Notes under the pieces: generated by a model
The model's database searches: none
What the model was told of the DNA's origin: nothing
The model's input: only the letters and a program-made list of their open reading frames with translations
Source: a virus
DNA length: 64,000 nt
Reading direction: 5' to 3' (one strand)
IMG/VR virus record: IMGVR_UViG_3300027747_003046
Span: 14,418 to 78,417 of that record
In this document: in pieces, positions 46,501 through 57,400 of the stretch
Position numbering within the stretch: position 1 is the first letter of the stretch
Layout of the letters: each line of letters starts with the position of its first letter
Translations under genes and position numbers: made by a program

Positions 46501-47014
46501 TGGTTATTACAATTATCTAGAAACCGGAGAGATGGAAATTAAAATAAATCCAGCCGGTCAAGGTAATCCATACACCGAGTTTACCGTAATGGCACAAGTC
46601 GATCCACAAACCAACAAAGTCAAGAAAGTAAGTGGAAAAGTTGTAACAAAACAGGGAACTAATGTGAGTGGGGTGCCTTATGATCTTAGAACCAAGGCTT
46701 ATGTTGATTCTAGCTTTAATGACGAACAAGAAGTCGATTCTTTCGATATAAGAAACAGTACGCCAATTTTCCCCGGCGAAAAAATAAATATTCCTTATTC
46801 TGTTGCTTCATTGTTGTTAGCACCGTTCCCAATATTTGGTCCTTCATCGTTAACAACTTACAATGTTGCTATGCCATTTGGACCATTATTCTTGGCGCTA
46901 GAACCATTGATATTTGAAACACCAGAATTTAAGGCATCGATTCCCAAGAAAGAGAAGCAGATAGCAAAAGATGAAAATGGGAATACAATTTGTGACGATA
47001 AAAAAGAAGGATGA
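40583..47014 (+). CDS. Very large (2143 aa) putative structural protein
   Basis: Uninterrupted ORF in the baseplate module. Confidence 0.6.
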   Translation: MAEEVTKSMLNPSSVELVFPLQTEVTIEISKIQEYIAQLSKLFAFYKKQLQLNGNEIKNYDLSSEIGPLMTFLVQLDIAIKSSNIAKPIITSDPNKTSVFDYEFLTLRIIPTPVDNSASSTGIQLNGPRMFEEREYSDGSKRQTLIYNKIDYLFLENKTTPRTMAVLSTLQFPALTVSPSTLALVFNSKEILKQINAPIPSSLLLCQGRQTTLSKLEDGFSFLGFDVGGVTSKVLLKDFLNAYIQPIQEVVAAPKPPIPKACTPEVRDRLSVVRASLNMAEIQIAFAGGINSIELDTKKKYEEDKQEFIELTKLCPDLISEISLFESIKDIDKLGKLFTDFLEKYNLACIVDEAIKCVMPQIPCDQILRDLTVDNFEQRLQTAFPHQKNIIHAITLNINEALEKENRRRADAGEQPLEPAAQTQIVLDNINKVIDLEALCKIDIEAIVELIKNLFNIKLPSFNLFDWQFNFKIDLNLAIIEALLKMLLSMIEQVLNELVGCDALDGLIAGIINSNVDAPTGLYGDVAAMFGGDFDFSNFQGTAANGIQNFLTQSGDQLSKILVFESKLGNNLLGSFGVSGTLGFGKNADNILAGNVGTELNTFGGLVRASTHTTGGVGIAGFQISPTSFTGIIDVNTLASTEKQADFLKEIGQFQLTTDGTTTNAVRISDDSLVQLLSSSNNIEIARTVPATREQQLEQDVYTPLKTRNKNRHILKALVNINQTENVAQLVVPQASLADQLKEYVKTCFALLSPSEVIDLITANPSLEVKLTITEIARIRFPLLNAILKYPERHALLFASFGKLTKLDSIGPRLQILSSDPTVKEKMVDPNICAPFSNLRDFRENLMTQVLSQELANRLMDDLVEDDRNRANKLLNNLAKKPPIVDLMTNPSALAPNKTPDGKQIEEIDRAIANTLSNLFDQIKLSFDKEIEAYPNASAATIEVEEKITKYTDVKPKEVTGFTKPDDVTGNDRPINQEYTNIKNITNTEGVKDSNGNYRTINGERGNYYFTRKIHKRKHGQLIHSVFGGIKNKFNINNIIFDINSSGILPLEIDQTLSSIKQEGSLSSGSYEFVPRWNLKYVETTGSYLFDIRTAGQIPVTSGNTIKYAEKLKFTGSISDENPLIIEEIRLTGLSNELQNISRNNIFYKLLNPAFKNMAPVLKKANGSRLDTISYDEGLSEYILEIYQSFLNRNLLDAPYDAPLLQNSKASQMLDDIKNILLSLVDFTPLPTEQEKACGIDTHLLQLEAVKKRVIKEFNSSVPDNLVSKNSQINTRYSDSKPGHLSEKIMTGLAETLIRTSVIHNIFKGLFLFDKYNYRFDVFSVPEIIYIFFEHTVKNDIKNAKLENDFQKEIEKIYNLYKKDEKHLIPEDDTGSNKLRSIVKYHIDSVLKILKTIVQSYKNPQSINAPNTTPDSSTQIQLAPAQLQQKFDLFTQGFGLGSSFLNNNANSDLQMQTMISLVATSTSPGIADAITRMYNETLGIPINNDIIATKNRNIFLQSLARAEPYSNFYEKYNYFTPPEDMPPPSDSENDEVSEPLHSTVPTTGDIYNLYKPESTFAKFTSNLSHHIYNSNNPTGYQFILERYVKFDFKSPSTIDEPQIFKDTKKFFSEHLQLNGVVNLKNFEEIMFVILYIITNSTHRTTLYKKNATNYETNGFWFNSPPKFGYRICLVKDYAGVGNLSKIDNGFYNGMVIGMQNPATFYFADDSTSTNTGEDYTTLDNHKRFKTGLIQTYTSQNIDDSVSRDMAAAHRQQPDALILKNLRKNLVVPVIEKEIEFPEELYNFDNTNLPPNFYNNYIAAFLPHLQEAVERKMLADPTYDILVNLCLIEGMSKTFSLINSMVGMASEPMFKLLDGTKELIRKNYEIQKNSGNFKSRDNRGAYEKQKKASQEAPPAVDFLKASATIPINMLKGLATAVDPNIFLADKIVLAGKTGFVQPKFRRVEAGEVVKIEGSNQTKTITSDEAGVAYDGYYNYLETGEMEIKINPAGQGNPYTEFTVMAQVDPQTNKVKKVSGKVVTKQGTNVSGVPYDLRTKAYVDSSFNDEQEVDSFDIRNSTPIFPGEKINIPYSVASLLLAPFPIFGPSSLTTYNVAMPFGPLFLALEPLIFETPEFKASIPKKEKQIAKDENGNTICDDKKEG

Positions 47015-47047
47015 TTAAAAACCTTTTATTAATATAATTATTGTATT

Positions 47048-47449
47048 ATGCGTAACGGCCTTACACCATCCTTCCCATTTCAAATAGATACTCAAGATAG
47101 CGATTATATTCTTATTAATAAAACTAATGATCTAGTTAGACAGAATTTAACAAATCTGATTTTAACAAATCCTGGCGAAAGAATAATGAATCCACAATTT
47201 GGTGTTGGAATAAAAAAATATTTGTTTGAAAATAAAACTTATTCATTAACAAATACAATAAAAAATTCAATAAATAACCAAACAAAAAAATATATGCCAT
47301 TTGTTTCTATTGATGGTATAGATTTTTACTCAGACGAGCAAAATCCAAATTTTTTGGGAATTACAATATCATATACAGTAATTCCAACATCAACAAGCGA
47401 TATTCTTCGTTTAAATTTTGACTTGTTAACGCAAACTTTATTAAGATAG
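47048..47449 (+). CDS. Baseplate wedge protein, gp25-like
   Basis: NLILTNPGERIMNPQFGVGIKKYLFE. Confidence 0.9.
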   Translation: MRNGLTPSFPFQIDTQDSDYILINKTNDLVRQNLTNLILTNPGERIMNPQFGVGIKKYLFENKTYSLTNTIKNSINNQTKKYMPFVSIDGIDFYSDEQNPNFLGITISYTVIPTSTSDILRLNFDLLTQTLLR

Positions 47450-47482
47450 CAGAAAATAAACTAGTTATAACGAGGTTAAAAA

Positions 47483-49285
47483 ATGCCAAAAAAGAATGTA
47501 CCAATAAATTATTCTGCTAGAGATTTCGCGTCAATAAAAGAGTCACTAGTTCAGCACGCTAAGAGATATTATCCAGAGTCTTTTAGAGACTTTAATGAGG
47601 CCGGCTTCGGTTCATTGATGTTGGATACTGTTTCTTATGTTGGTGATATTCTTTCTTTTTATCTCGACTATCAGGCCAATGAAAGCTTTTTAGATACAGC
47701 TATTGAGTTCAATAATGTTGAAAAAATGGCAAGGCAGATGGGTTTCAAAGATACTGAAACTCCAACATCTCATGGTATAGCGACATTCTTTATTTTAATA
47801 CCAGCATCTCAAACCGGTTTGGGACCAGATTATACATATATCCCTATTCTTAAGAAAAATTCTACACTGGCAACCTCAAACGGTAATCAATTCATATTAA
47901 ACGAAGATGTTTTCTTTAATTCAGTTGATAATGAGACAGTAGTAGCTAGAGTCAATTCTACAACTGGCTTGCCAACTTCTTATGCTATAAAAGCCTATGG
48001 CAGAGTAATTTCAGGGGTATATGAGCAAGTTGTAATCGAAACTGGCGATTTTGAAAGATTTAAAAAATTAAGATTACCGATTGGTAATTTGGCAGAAATC
48101 ATAAAAGTAGAAGACGAAGAAGGTAATGAATACTTTCAGGTAGACTATCTAACTCAGGATGTAATATATCGTCCGATAGTCAACAGGGCCGGTTCAAACA
48201 GCACAAGTAACACTAGTGCCTTTTTAAGACCAATTACTGTTCCAAGAAGATTCGTTTTAGAAAAACTAAATGGTAGTTACTACCTTCAATTCGGTCAGGG
48301 TCAGGATAAAACAAATAAAAACCAAGAAAGCGTTGCCGATCCTTCTACTGTGGCATTAAAAGTTTATGGAAAAAATTATATTTCTGGAGATTCTTTTGAT
48401 CCAACTAATCTCATAGAAACAGATAAGTTTGGAATTGTGCCTGTTAACACAAAATTGACAATCACGGTTCGAACAAATAGTGCTTCAAATGTCAATGCGA
48501 GCGCCGGCAGTCTCAAAAAAGTAACAAGAGCTATTTTTGAATTTCCCGATCCGATGGCAATCAGTGCTGATGTAAAAAGTCAAATTAAAAAATCTCTTGA
48601 AGCAACAAACGAAGAACCAATAGTTGGTGATACAAGACTAGTTACTTCAAAAGAGTTGAAAGTAATAGCTGGTTCTGCTTATGCTACCCAGAGCAGAGCA
48701 GTAACAAAAGAAGACTACAAGGCTTTGTTGTATAAAATGCCAGCCGAATTTGGTAGAGTTAAGAGAGTCAATATAGTAAGAGATCAGGATTCTTTTAAAA
48801 GAAATCTAAATCTTTACGTTGTCTCAGCCGATGAAAGTGGCTATCTGGTTCCAACAAATATTGTTGTAAAACAAAATCTTAAAATCTGGCTGAATAAAAA
48901 TAGAATGATTAATGATACTATTGATATTTTAGATGCCAAAATAATTAATTTTGGTATCGATTTTAGTGTTATAGCAGATTTGGAAGCCAATAAATTTGAT
49001 GTAATGACCGACTGTAAAAATGCTATAATGACAGAATTTTTGAGAGTTCGCGAATTAGGAGAACCTCTGTTTTATTCAGATGTTATTAAAATTTTAAAAG
49101 ATATAAAAGGCGTATTAGACGTCGTTAGAGTAAAGATTTATAATAAAACCGGAGATCTGTATTCTAACGTCTTTTATGACATGGATAAATATTTATCATC
49201 AGATGGTAGATATATAAATTGTCCAGATAACGTTGTTTTTGAACTTAAATTTCCAAACACAGATATTAAGGGAGTTGTGCTCTAA
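47483..49285 (+). CDS. Baseplate wedge protein, gp6-like
   Basis: INYSARDFASIK, YPESFRDFNE, YVGDILSFYLD, QSRAVTKEDY. Confidence 0.9.
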   Translation: MPKKNVPINYSARDFASIKESLVQHAKRYYPESFRDFNEAGFGSLMLDTVSYVGDILSFYLDYQANESFLDTAIEFNNVEKMARQMGFKDTETPTSHGIATFFILIPASQTGLGPDYTYIPILKKNSTLATSNGNQFILNEDVFFNSVDNETVVARVNSTTGLPTSYAIKAYGRVISGVYEQVVIETGDFERFKKLRLPIGNLAEIIKVEDEEGNEYFQVDYLTQDVIYRPIVNRAGSNSTSNTSAFLRPITVPRRFVLEKLNGSYYLQFGQGQDKTNKNQESVADPSTVALKVYGKNYISGDSFDPTNLIETDKFGIVPVNTKLTITVRTNSASNVNASAGSLKKVTRAIFEFPDPMAISADVKSQIKKSLEATNEEPIVGDTRLVTSKELKVIAGSAYATQSRAVTKEDYKALLYKMPAEFGRVKRVNIVRDQDSFKRNLNLYVVSADESGYLVPTNIVVKQNLKIWLNKNRMINDTIDILDAKIINFGIDFSVIADLEANKFDVMTDCKNAIMTEFLRVRELGEPLFYSDVIKILKDIKGVLDVVRVKIYNKTGDLYSNVFYDMDKYLSSDGRYINCPDNVVFELKFPNTDIKGVVL

Positions 49286-50715
49286 TGAGTATTAAAAGAT
49301 ACGTTGCGAACAAAGATACAACAATAACAAATGCTTACATGGCAAATCTCAAAACAAGAGCCGAACATTCAAATATGGGCGAATCTGATATATTAGAGAT
49401 TTTCTCACTATATGGACAAGCAAATACCTCTTCATCAGAACTTAGCAGAGTTTTATTAGATTTCCCAGTTTCTAAAATTCTTGAAGATAGAAATAATTTA
49501 TTGTTACCAGTCAGCGGTAATGTTCAGTTTATGCTGAAGTTGAGCAATGCCGAGCATGGCAATACAACACCAAGAAAATTTAATTTAAATGTTTATCCAT
49601 TATCAAGCAGCTGGGAAGAAGGTTTTGGTCTTGATATGGAAAATTATTCCGATTTTGATACAGCAAATTGGCTCTCTTCTTCAATCACTTCAAGCTGGTC
49701 TTCTGCCGGCGCCGATTTTATAGGCTCACTTGAATCAACCCAATATTTTGAGAGAGGAAACGAAGATCTAGAAGTAGACATTACGCCAGTGGTAGAACAG
49801 TGGCTAACTGGCACATTACCAACCAATGGTCTGATGGTCAAACTAACAGATATATTAGAAGCCGAAGCGCGTTCTTATTATACAAAAAAATTCTTTGCGA
49901 GAGGAAGTCAGTTTTTCTTTAAAAGACCTTGGATTGAGGCTCGATTTGATGAATCGATTCGCGACGATAGAAATTCTTTCTTTAACAGTAGTTCGCTAGC
50001 TCCACCAGAAGATAATATCAATAGATTATATATGTATAATCGTCACAGAGGATTATTATCCGATATTGGTGGCAATCCAACTGCTTCATTATATTGTAGT
50101 ATTTATTCTGGCACTTTGGGTCCATCTGGCTTACCAATTCCACTAGACAACAATGGTGGATTAGGCCTAATAGCAGCAACAAGAGTAAGAAAGGGTATTT
50201 ATGAAGCTGAAATAGCTCTCAAATCAGATGCTCAATTGTTGTTCGATGTATGGCACAGTGGCGATAATATTTACCATTATACTGGTAGTGCTTTTGATCT
50301 TAAAAGTGGTGACGGAGATAATGAGTCGGATTTCCAAATATCCGATTATTCCGTAAACATAACAAATCTTAAAACAGTTTATTCAAATACAGAACAAGCT
50401 CGTTTCAATTTGTATGTTCGTGATAGAAATTGGGATCCCACTATCTATACAGTAGCAAAGGCAAACCCAGAAAACTTTACAATTAATAAAGCATATTATA
50501 AAGTATTTAGAATTGTTGATAATTTAGTCATCATACCATATGGCGATGGAGAAATAGAGTATACAAGACTATCTTATGATGATACAGGCAATTATTTTGA
50601 TTTAGATATGTCACTATTTGAACCCGGTTATACATATGGTATCAAATTTATGTTTAAAGAGTTTGGTATGGAAACTGAACAACGCGAAGTATTTAAGTTT
50701 CGTGTTGAGGAATAA
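49285..50715 (+). CDS. Putative baseplate/tail structural protein
   Basis: KDTTI...SRVLLDF...WEEGFG...NGLMVK pattern; position after gp6. Confidence 0.6.
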   Translation: MSIKRYVANKDTTITNAYMANLKTRAEHSNMGESDILEIFSLYGQANTSSSELSRVLLDFPVSKILEDRNNLLLPVSGNVQFMLKLSNAEHGNTTPRKFNLNVYPLSSSWEEGFGLDMENYSDFDTANWLSSSITSSWSSAGADFIGSLESTQYFERGNEDLEVDITPVVEQWLTGTLPTNGLMVKLTDILEAEARSYYTKKFFARGSQFFFKRPWIEARFDESIRDDRNSFFNSSSLAPPEDNINRLYMYNRHRGLLSDIGGNPTASLYCSIYSGTLGPSGLPIPLDNNGGLGLIAATRVRKGIYEAEIALKSDAQLLFDVWHSGDNIYHYTGSAFDLKSGDGDNESDFQISDYSVNITNLKTVYSNTEQARFNLYVRDRNWDPTIYTVAKANPENFTINKAYYKVFRIVDNLVIIPYGDGEIEYTRLSYDDTGNYFDLDMSLFEPGYTYGIKFMFKEFGMETEQREVFKFRVEE

Positions 50716-50717
50716 TA

Positions 50718-53700
50718 ATGTCAATTAAAGATTTATTTGGTAAAAAGTCCGGTAAAATACTGCCATTAACAGACGCAGAATCTGTTGGAAAAGAAGTTGA
50801 ATCTACCGATTTACTAGATTCTTTAAGAAAAGAAAAAGACAGATTTATACCTGATGTTGATTTTTCTGACCCACAAAATTTCGCTAGATTCGGCTCTGCG
50901 TCAAAATACTATGAAGACGCCGTAAAACTAATTTATAAAACATTTCCATATGATGGATCCAGAAACGAAAAAACAGAATGGCTTAATAGTGCGTCATTAC
51001 TAACAAATTATGTTTATGATAATTTGTATCCAAGAAATACAGGCTATATAAATGTTGGCTTTAATTATGGCAATACCATTTCTTCAACGGATAATTTAAC
51101 ATTAACCGATCGTATTGAATATATTTTAGTAAAGGGTGGTCCAAATACATATAGCCAGACAGAAGATGTTAAAAATTTGTTTGGTAAATCAAACTATTAC
51201 AACGAAGAGCATAAGAGAGCAAGTAATTTAAACCTAAATTGTGAAGATGGAGTAACAGTTGAATTTTATTTAAAAAAGAATGACAATCTTGGCTCACCAA
51301 TTCAGGTTATTTTTGATTTATGGAACAGTAGCTCATATTCAGCAGTCGATTATGGCAGATTCAAAATAGAGATTCATCCTGGAATTTCTGGCGAAGAAAA
51401 CAATTTTTATGTGACCAATATCTCTGGTGCTTATGGTGTTGGAGATGTTGAATTAAATGCTAATACAATTAGTGATTCACAGTGGCATCATTACGCGATA
51501 GTTGCTAAAAATACGGACACGCAGATTCTTTTCCAACTATTCCAAGATGGTATTCTTGTTTCAGAGAAAACAGAAGGAACACCAACATCGCAAGTTTATG
51601 GACCAATGAACGCGACAATTGGCGCATTAATAGCACCTTTCGGATATGGCAAATTATCTGGTTCTATTGATGAATTCCGTTATTGGAAAATAAAAAGAAC
51701 AGATAAAGAAATAGCAAGATACTATTTTACCGAAGTTTATGGCGGCACAAATACAGATGATGCCAACACCGATTTGGGGGTTTATTTCAAGTTTAATGAA
51801 GGTATATTCAGCCAGACTGATCCAGATAATCAGTATGATAAGAATGTTATCGATTATTCCGGTCGTATTTCAAATGGTCTTTGGTACGGTTATACATTAG
51901 GAGCAAGATCAACAGGTTCTGCTCTTATAGAATCTGGTTTTACTCAAGAAGAGCCAGCAGATCCTGTTTTATATTCAAATCATCCGTTAGTTATAGCTCT
52001 AACAAATCAACTAGAACAAAAAACTATAGTCCATGATCAGTCAAACAATTCTTCAATTTATAACTCATTTGCCAGCTGGATTATAGACACCGACAATCAG
52101 GAAGGGCAGGGATTGTTGGAGTTAACACAAATTATATCAGAATTTTTAGATGAATTCTATTTTAGCATACAACAATTGCCAAATATAAAAGATGAAATTT
52201 ATAGAGATAAAAATCCTCTACCTTTTACTAAAAGGTTATTAGAATCGAAAGGACTTAATACACTAGAATTGTTTTCTGATTCGACTATTTTAGAAAGCTT
52301 ATTATCGAGAAACGAAGAAGATGTTTTTCAAGATAAAATATATCATATTAAAAACACAATCTATCAAAACATCTATAACAATCTACTTTATATTTATCGT
52401 TCAAAGGGTACAGAGAAATCAATTCGTAATTTATTAAGATGTTTTGGCATCGATACAGAACTTCTTAAGATTAATTTATATGCTGACGAGCAGAGTTTCG
52501 TATTCGAAGATAAAGTAGAATATTCTGCTCAAAAAAGAAAATATGTAGATTTCAATGATCCAGATAGATTTGAGGGCTCGATATACCAAGTAACTCAATC
52601 CGGAAATTCAAATAGCTTGCCTTACATGAAAGGTAAGTCAGACACCAGATATTTTGGTAACACATTTGAAGTAGAAACGATATTTCCAAGAAAATTTGAT
52701 AAAAGTGAAGATTTTTATTTTGAAACATCTTTCTTGACTTGTTCGATATTTGGTGTTCACGAACCAAAATCATTATTAGATAATGATACATGGGCAACAC
52801 CGGATCATGCAAGTATACAAATATTTTCCGTTAGACCAGAAAAAGAATCAAACGATTCTTATTTCCTTTTATCTTCTTCTTGTTTTGGTGTCGAAATCAC
52901 ATCTTCACTATTCAAAGACGTCTACACTGATCAAAAGTGGCTATTAGCTTATAGAATCAAGCACGAAAAATATCCATTCGCTGGTGGAATTTTGGGAGCA
53001 GATACAGGAAACTATGTTATTGAATTGACTGGTATCAATACCGAACTAGATATAGTTAAAAATACCTTTTTGGTGTCTGCCTCGATTGATCAAGCAGCAG
53101 CAGAACTTTATTTCAATTCTGCCAAGAAAATCTATCTTGGTTCTCATCGTCAAAACTTTACTGGTTCCGTTGTCAATGGAAACGATGGCAAGGAACAATT
53201 GTCTGATGTTCAAATTGGAGCAGCGAGATTTTGGATAAATTATTTGCCAGACGCCGTTCTTCAATCACATGCTACAGATATGACCAATCACGGTCCAGAA
53301 GCGTTTTCTAAAAATGTCGAAAATTATTTATTAACACAAATATCAGGACACACAATTCCTCAAGCAGAAACGCTTGTGTTGAATTGGAATTTTGACCTAG
53401 TAGAAGGCTCGGATAATGGAGCAGGAACGCCCGTACTCAATTTAAACGACGCTGGCTTTGATGTTATCGACATGTCTTCCGGCTCTGTCGATGAACTCAA
53501 CAGATACGAGACAATATCAGAGATCTCAAGACAGCTGCATCCTGGTCGTGGTGATTTCTTTTTGAGGAACAATACTCAAATGATATCATATGAATATGTC
53601 CCAACGGCAAAAAGAAGACTCCCAGAGATTCTCAATAACGACGATCTCGTGAACATTCTCCAAGAAGACGATTTAGTATATACAAGAGATATGATTCCTG

Positions 53701-54401
53701 TCAATCATTTCTTGTCAATCGAAAAGAGTATGTATCAAAATATTTCAGAAGAAATGTTGAGATGGATTGGCACAATAACACAATTTAATAATTTGATTGG
53801 TAAACCAACAGATCGTTATGAAGCGGACTACAAAGATTTACAGTTTTTAAGAAGAATCTTCTTTTTAAATGTTGATAATACTCCAGATTTTGAAAAATTT
53901 GTTGAGTTCTATAAATGGATAGACGAATCCGTAGCAAGAATAATAGCCGAATTAATTCCAGCTTCTATGAATACAACAAATATTGCTTCCAATATTGTCG
54001 AAAGTCATATATTGGAAAGAAATAAATATCGTCATAAATTACCAACAATAGAATTTAAAGCAAAAGAACCAGTTGCTGCTGTTAGAACAATAAACGAACT
54101 AAAATACAACTGGAAATTTGGTCACGCACCAATTCCATTACAAGAAAACAATAATTGCTTGTGGTGGAAAGAACGAAAAGAAAAAGAAGCAGACAGAGAA
54201 AAGATTTTCGCAGTTCTTAAATCGACATACGATCGTAAATTTACAACAGTTTATGATTTAAATATAGAACCAATTGTGATAATAGATAAAAATCCAAAAG
54301 AACAAGAAGTTGTAAAACAAATAACAAAATTTGGTTCTGGTGAATATTTAGAAATTGATATTCCTTTGATTGTCGATGAAAAAGACTGTAATGATAAATA
54401 A
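50718..54401 (+). CDS. Baseplate structural protein with LamG/concanavalin-like domain
   Basis: QWHHYAIV, GSIDEFRYW, LGVYFKFNEG; SKGTEKSIRNLLRCFG; IVESHILERNK. Confidence 0.75.
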   Translation: MSIKDLFGKKSGKILPLTDAESVGKEVESTDLLDSLRKEKDRFIPDVDFSDPQNFARFGSASKYYEDAVKLIYKTFPYDGSRNEKTEWLNSASLLTNYVYDNLYPRNTGYINVGFNYGNTISSTDNLTLTDRIEYILVKGGPNTYSQTEDVKNLFGKSNYYNEEHKRASNLNLNCEDGVTVEFYLKKNDNLGSPIQVIFDLWNSSSYSAVDYGRFKIEIHPGISGEENNFYVTNISGAYGVGDVELNANTISDSQWHHYAIVAKNTDTQILFQLFQDGILVSEKTEGTPTSQVYGPMNATIGALIAPFGYGKLSGSIDEFRYWKIKRTDKEIARYYFTEVYGGTNTDDANTDLGVYFKFNEGIFSQTDPDNQYDKNVIDYSGRISNGLWYGYTLGARSTGSALIESGFTQEEPADPVLYSNHPLVIALTNQLEQKTIVHDQSNNSSIYNSFASWIIDTDNQEGQGLLELTQIISEFLDEFYFSIQQLPNIKDEIYRDKNPLPFTKRLLESKGLNTLELFSDSTILESLLSRNEEDVFQDKIYHIKNTIYQNIYNNLLYIYRSKGTEKSIRNLLRCFGIDTELLKINLYADEQSFVFEDKVEYSAQKRKYVDFNDPDRFEGSIYQVTQSGNSNSLPYMKGKSDTRYFGNTFEVETIFPRKFDKSEDFYFETSFLTCSIFGVHEPKSLLDNDTWATPDHASIQIFSVRPEKESNDSYFLLSSSCFGVEITSSLFKDVYTDQKWLLAYRIKHEKYPFAGGILGADTGNYVIELTGINTELDIVKNTFLVSASIDQAAAELYFNSAKKIYLGSHRQNFTGSVVNGNDGKEQLSDVQIGAARFWINYLPDAVLQSHATDMTNHGPEAFSKNVENYLLTQISGHTIPQAETLVLNWNFDLVEGSDNGAGTPVLNLNDAGFDVIDMSSGSVDELNRYETISEISRQLHPGRGDFFLRNNTQMISYEYVPTAKRRLPEILNNDDLVNILQEDDLVYTRDMIPVNHFLSIEKSMYQNISEEMLRWIGTITQFNNLIGKPTDRYEADYKDLQFLRRIFFLNVDNTPDFEKFVEFYKWIDESVARIIAELIPASMNTTNIASNIVESHILERNKYRHKLPTIEFKAKEPVAAVRTINELKYNWKFGHAPIPLQENNNCLWWKERKEKEADREKIFAVLKSTYDRKFTTVYDLNIEPIVIIDKNPKEQEVVKQITKFGSGEYLEIDIPLIVDEKDCNDK

Positions 54402-54412
54402 GAGGTTCTTGA

Positions 54413-57400
54413 ATGTCTGATTTCAACCGCCGTGGAAAGTTACCTTTCCAAGTAGTAAGTTCATCTGTAAATACTGGCTACAATGCCGAATTAACGGCAG
54501 CAGTTGGCCACAATATTGAGATTGTTAATCAACATAGAGATGAATATGGTGGTTTACAGGATTCACCATTACAGGGTCCATTTACACAACAATGGACTGG
54601 TGGAAATCAGCACAGACACATTCCTTTAAATGACGGAACAGATGACTCTTCAAATAGACCAGAAGCATTTTTAATAAGTGGTTCAACAGACAAAGTTCGT
54701 GTTTATGGACCAGCACATTTTGATGAAAAGGCACCAAAGGCGCTTTTCACAAGAGACAACGCCGCAAAATCTCCTCTTAACATTAAGAATGTTAAGGACA
54801 CAGATAAAAATTTAGGAAACTTTTCACACAATTACCAAGTCGTTCAAACTTCCGGAAGAGACATTAATCAGAGCTTAATTGAAAATAATTTAACTGCTTC
54901 CGGTGTTTTGACGACCAAGTTTGTAAAAGGCGTAGAAGAATACTCTTTACCTGATTTAACAAACGATCACAATAAGACAGTTTTCGTTGAAAGATTTAGT
55001 TCACCCGGCGATCCAAAAGAAAGTTCAAGAGGCGCTTTGGATAGAGAAAGCGAGCAATATGCTCCAAACAATTCTCTTACAACAAGAAATATTTCTGTTC
55101 GTCAAAAATACAATTCACAATTAACACAACACGCTGCTCAATTCAATTCTGGTAGCACAGAAGGCGTGACAGTTCATGCTGTTAATAGAAATCCAATAAA
55201 AAATATTGAATTAAGTGGTTCCACATATATAACAGCTTCTGATTATGATAATTTCTGGGTTCAACACGCAATCCCAAGCACAGACTTAAGATATAGTTGG
55301 ATTGCTGAATCAGTGGTAGATACAGGAAGTGTTATTCAGTATCAAAATCCATACGACTCAGAAGAATTGGTTTTTAACTCTTCTAGTTTTGTTATAAGTG
55401 GTTCAAATAAGCATTTTGCTGTTGATAATGCTGGTATTAATAGTCTTATAAAAGACAAGAAGTCAGTTGATTTAATAACAAATACGTTTAATGTTTCATC
55501 ATCTGTTAAGTTATCTGCCTCGTTTAGTGAAATAGCCAACACTCCATATGGCTTTTCAATTTGGAAGCAAGTAAGAACAGGCGAACATCCTGTTGTTAGA
55601 AAATTGAGAGAAAACAACGTTCTTTCATTAGAAGGTATCAAATCAAAAGTAATAAATGGAACACAGACAATATCAAAAAGATCTGATTCTGTTAGAAATT
55701 ATATAGAACCACCAGTAACAAGTAAATTTAAGCCTTTAAAACAAACGCTAGAACTTAAAGGCAGTAATGAAAAATATGAGTTTATATTTACTCATAATAA
55801 TAATTTATCAACATTTGTTAGCGAAGAAGTTCTGGATTACCTTGGAATAAAAGAGGATTCACAACAAACATACGATCTTTTGAGAAAGTATTATAGCGAT
55901 CCAAACAGAACAACAAATACACAAAATCCAGTTAATGGCTTGAAACAATACACATATTCAGAAACTCTCTATCCAAGAGAGGTTAACGCTTATTTGGCTG
56001 AAACACGTGCCAGAACACAATATATTTTGGATCAAGCCGGAACAGGAAGTCGTGATGGTTATGATATTCAGTTAGGAACCCAAAGAGCATTTTGGAGAGA
56101 TAGATTAGAAGATAGAAAACGCAGCAATAGTGGTTTTTATAATTCGATGAATTATTTAATAACACAGAGTGCTTTTTATTCAACTGATTATGCTTGGGGC
56201 TGGAATCCACAATTAAATTTGCCAAACCCTCCTTTAATGACTTACGAATTAATTAAAAATATTGATTATGTTACAGAAAATCAATTAAATTCTATCAAGT
56301 TATTTGACAATAATTTGGCCAATCAGGCGAAAAATTTAGGAGATGCCAGAACAATAATAAATTTTGAAACCAGTTCTGGCGACAATATTCTCGCTATTAT
56401 GATCAAAAACAATGGCTGTAATGGCGAATTAAATGGAGAGATATTCTTCGATTACTATTATACTTCAAGCATTCAGCCAATAAAAAGCCAACTCACACGA
56501 GTCACAGATATGAGTGTGCTGCTCCAATTTGATAATCAAATAACTGGCTCCTATGGTTCTTTATCTAGTATCAAAGAAATGGCCAAAAAACCAAGAGTGA
56601 ATTACTTGGCTTTTTTGGGTGGCTTCGAGAGCGGCTCGCGTGATTATGGAAATTCAACCCCATCGGCCGAGATATATGACTATGATTTTTATAGCATACA
56701 ACCTACTGGTGATATACTTTCTACGCTGGATTCTGGTTTAAGATACGCATCGGAATCTTTTGGCGATAAGAAGCCTTGGTTTGATTCATATGAAAAATAT
56801 TCTGATGATATAAGAAGTCACGCCAAAGATCATTCTGTATTGCCAGAGTTTCGTATATCTTCTAATATACCTTTTTATGTCACGCAAAATGGTGGCAATT
56901 TTAGAACCAAAAACAGTTCTTATTTAGAACTCGATGGTGTTGGTCAAAATTACAGAAGTTCTTTGACGGCAAGTAATATAAAATACAACAAAGAATTTAT
57001 AGATTCCTATACAACAACAGATGTATTAAATAATGAAGTAATTCAACAAGAGAATTCTAATTTATCGAAATTACAAAATATTAAATTTACTGTCTCTGGT
57101 ATTAAAAAATTGTTGCCATATAATGGCTTTTACCCACAAGAAAGAACAATTCAATTAGCTAATTTATTCAACAATTATATGGATAATAATGTTGGTGGTG
57201 GATTTTTTAGAATAAATGGCGACGGAAATTACACCCAGATTTTGGTAGACTTAACGCAATCTTCTGATTTATTTGCAAAAAATACAATAATGCCGTATTA
57301 TTTTGCACCAGGAATCTTATATAACACCATTAAAAGTGGTATTTCAGTAAACTTTCCTTCTGTTACAGCCAGTTATTCGCAATTATCAATTCAGTCCGAA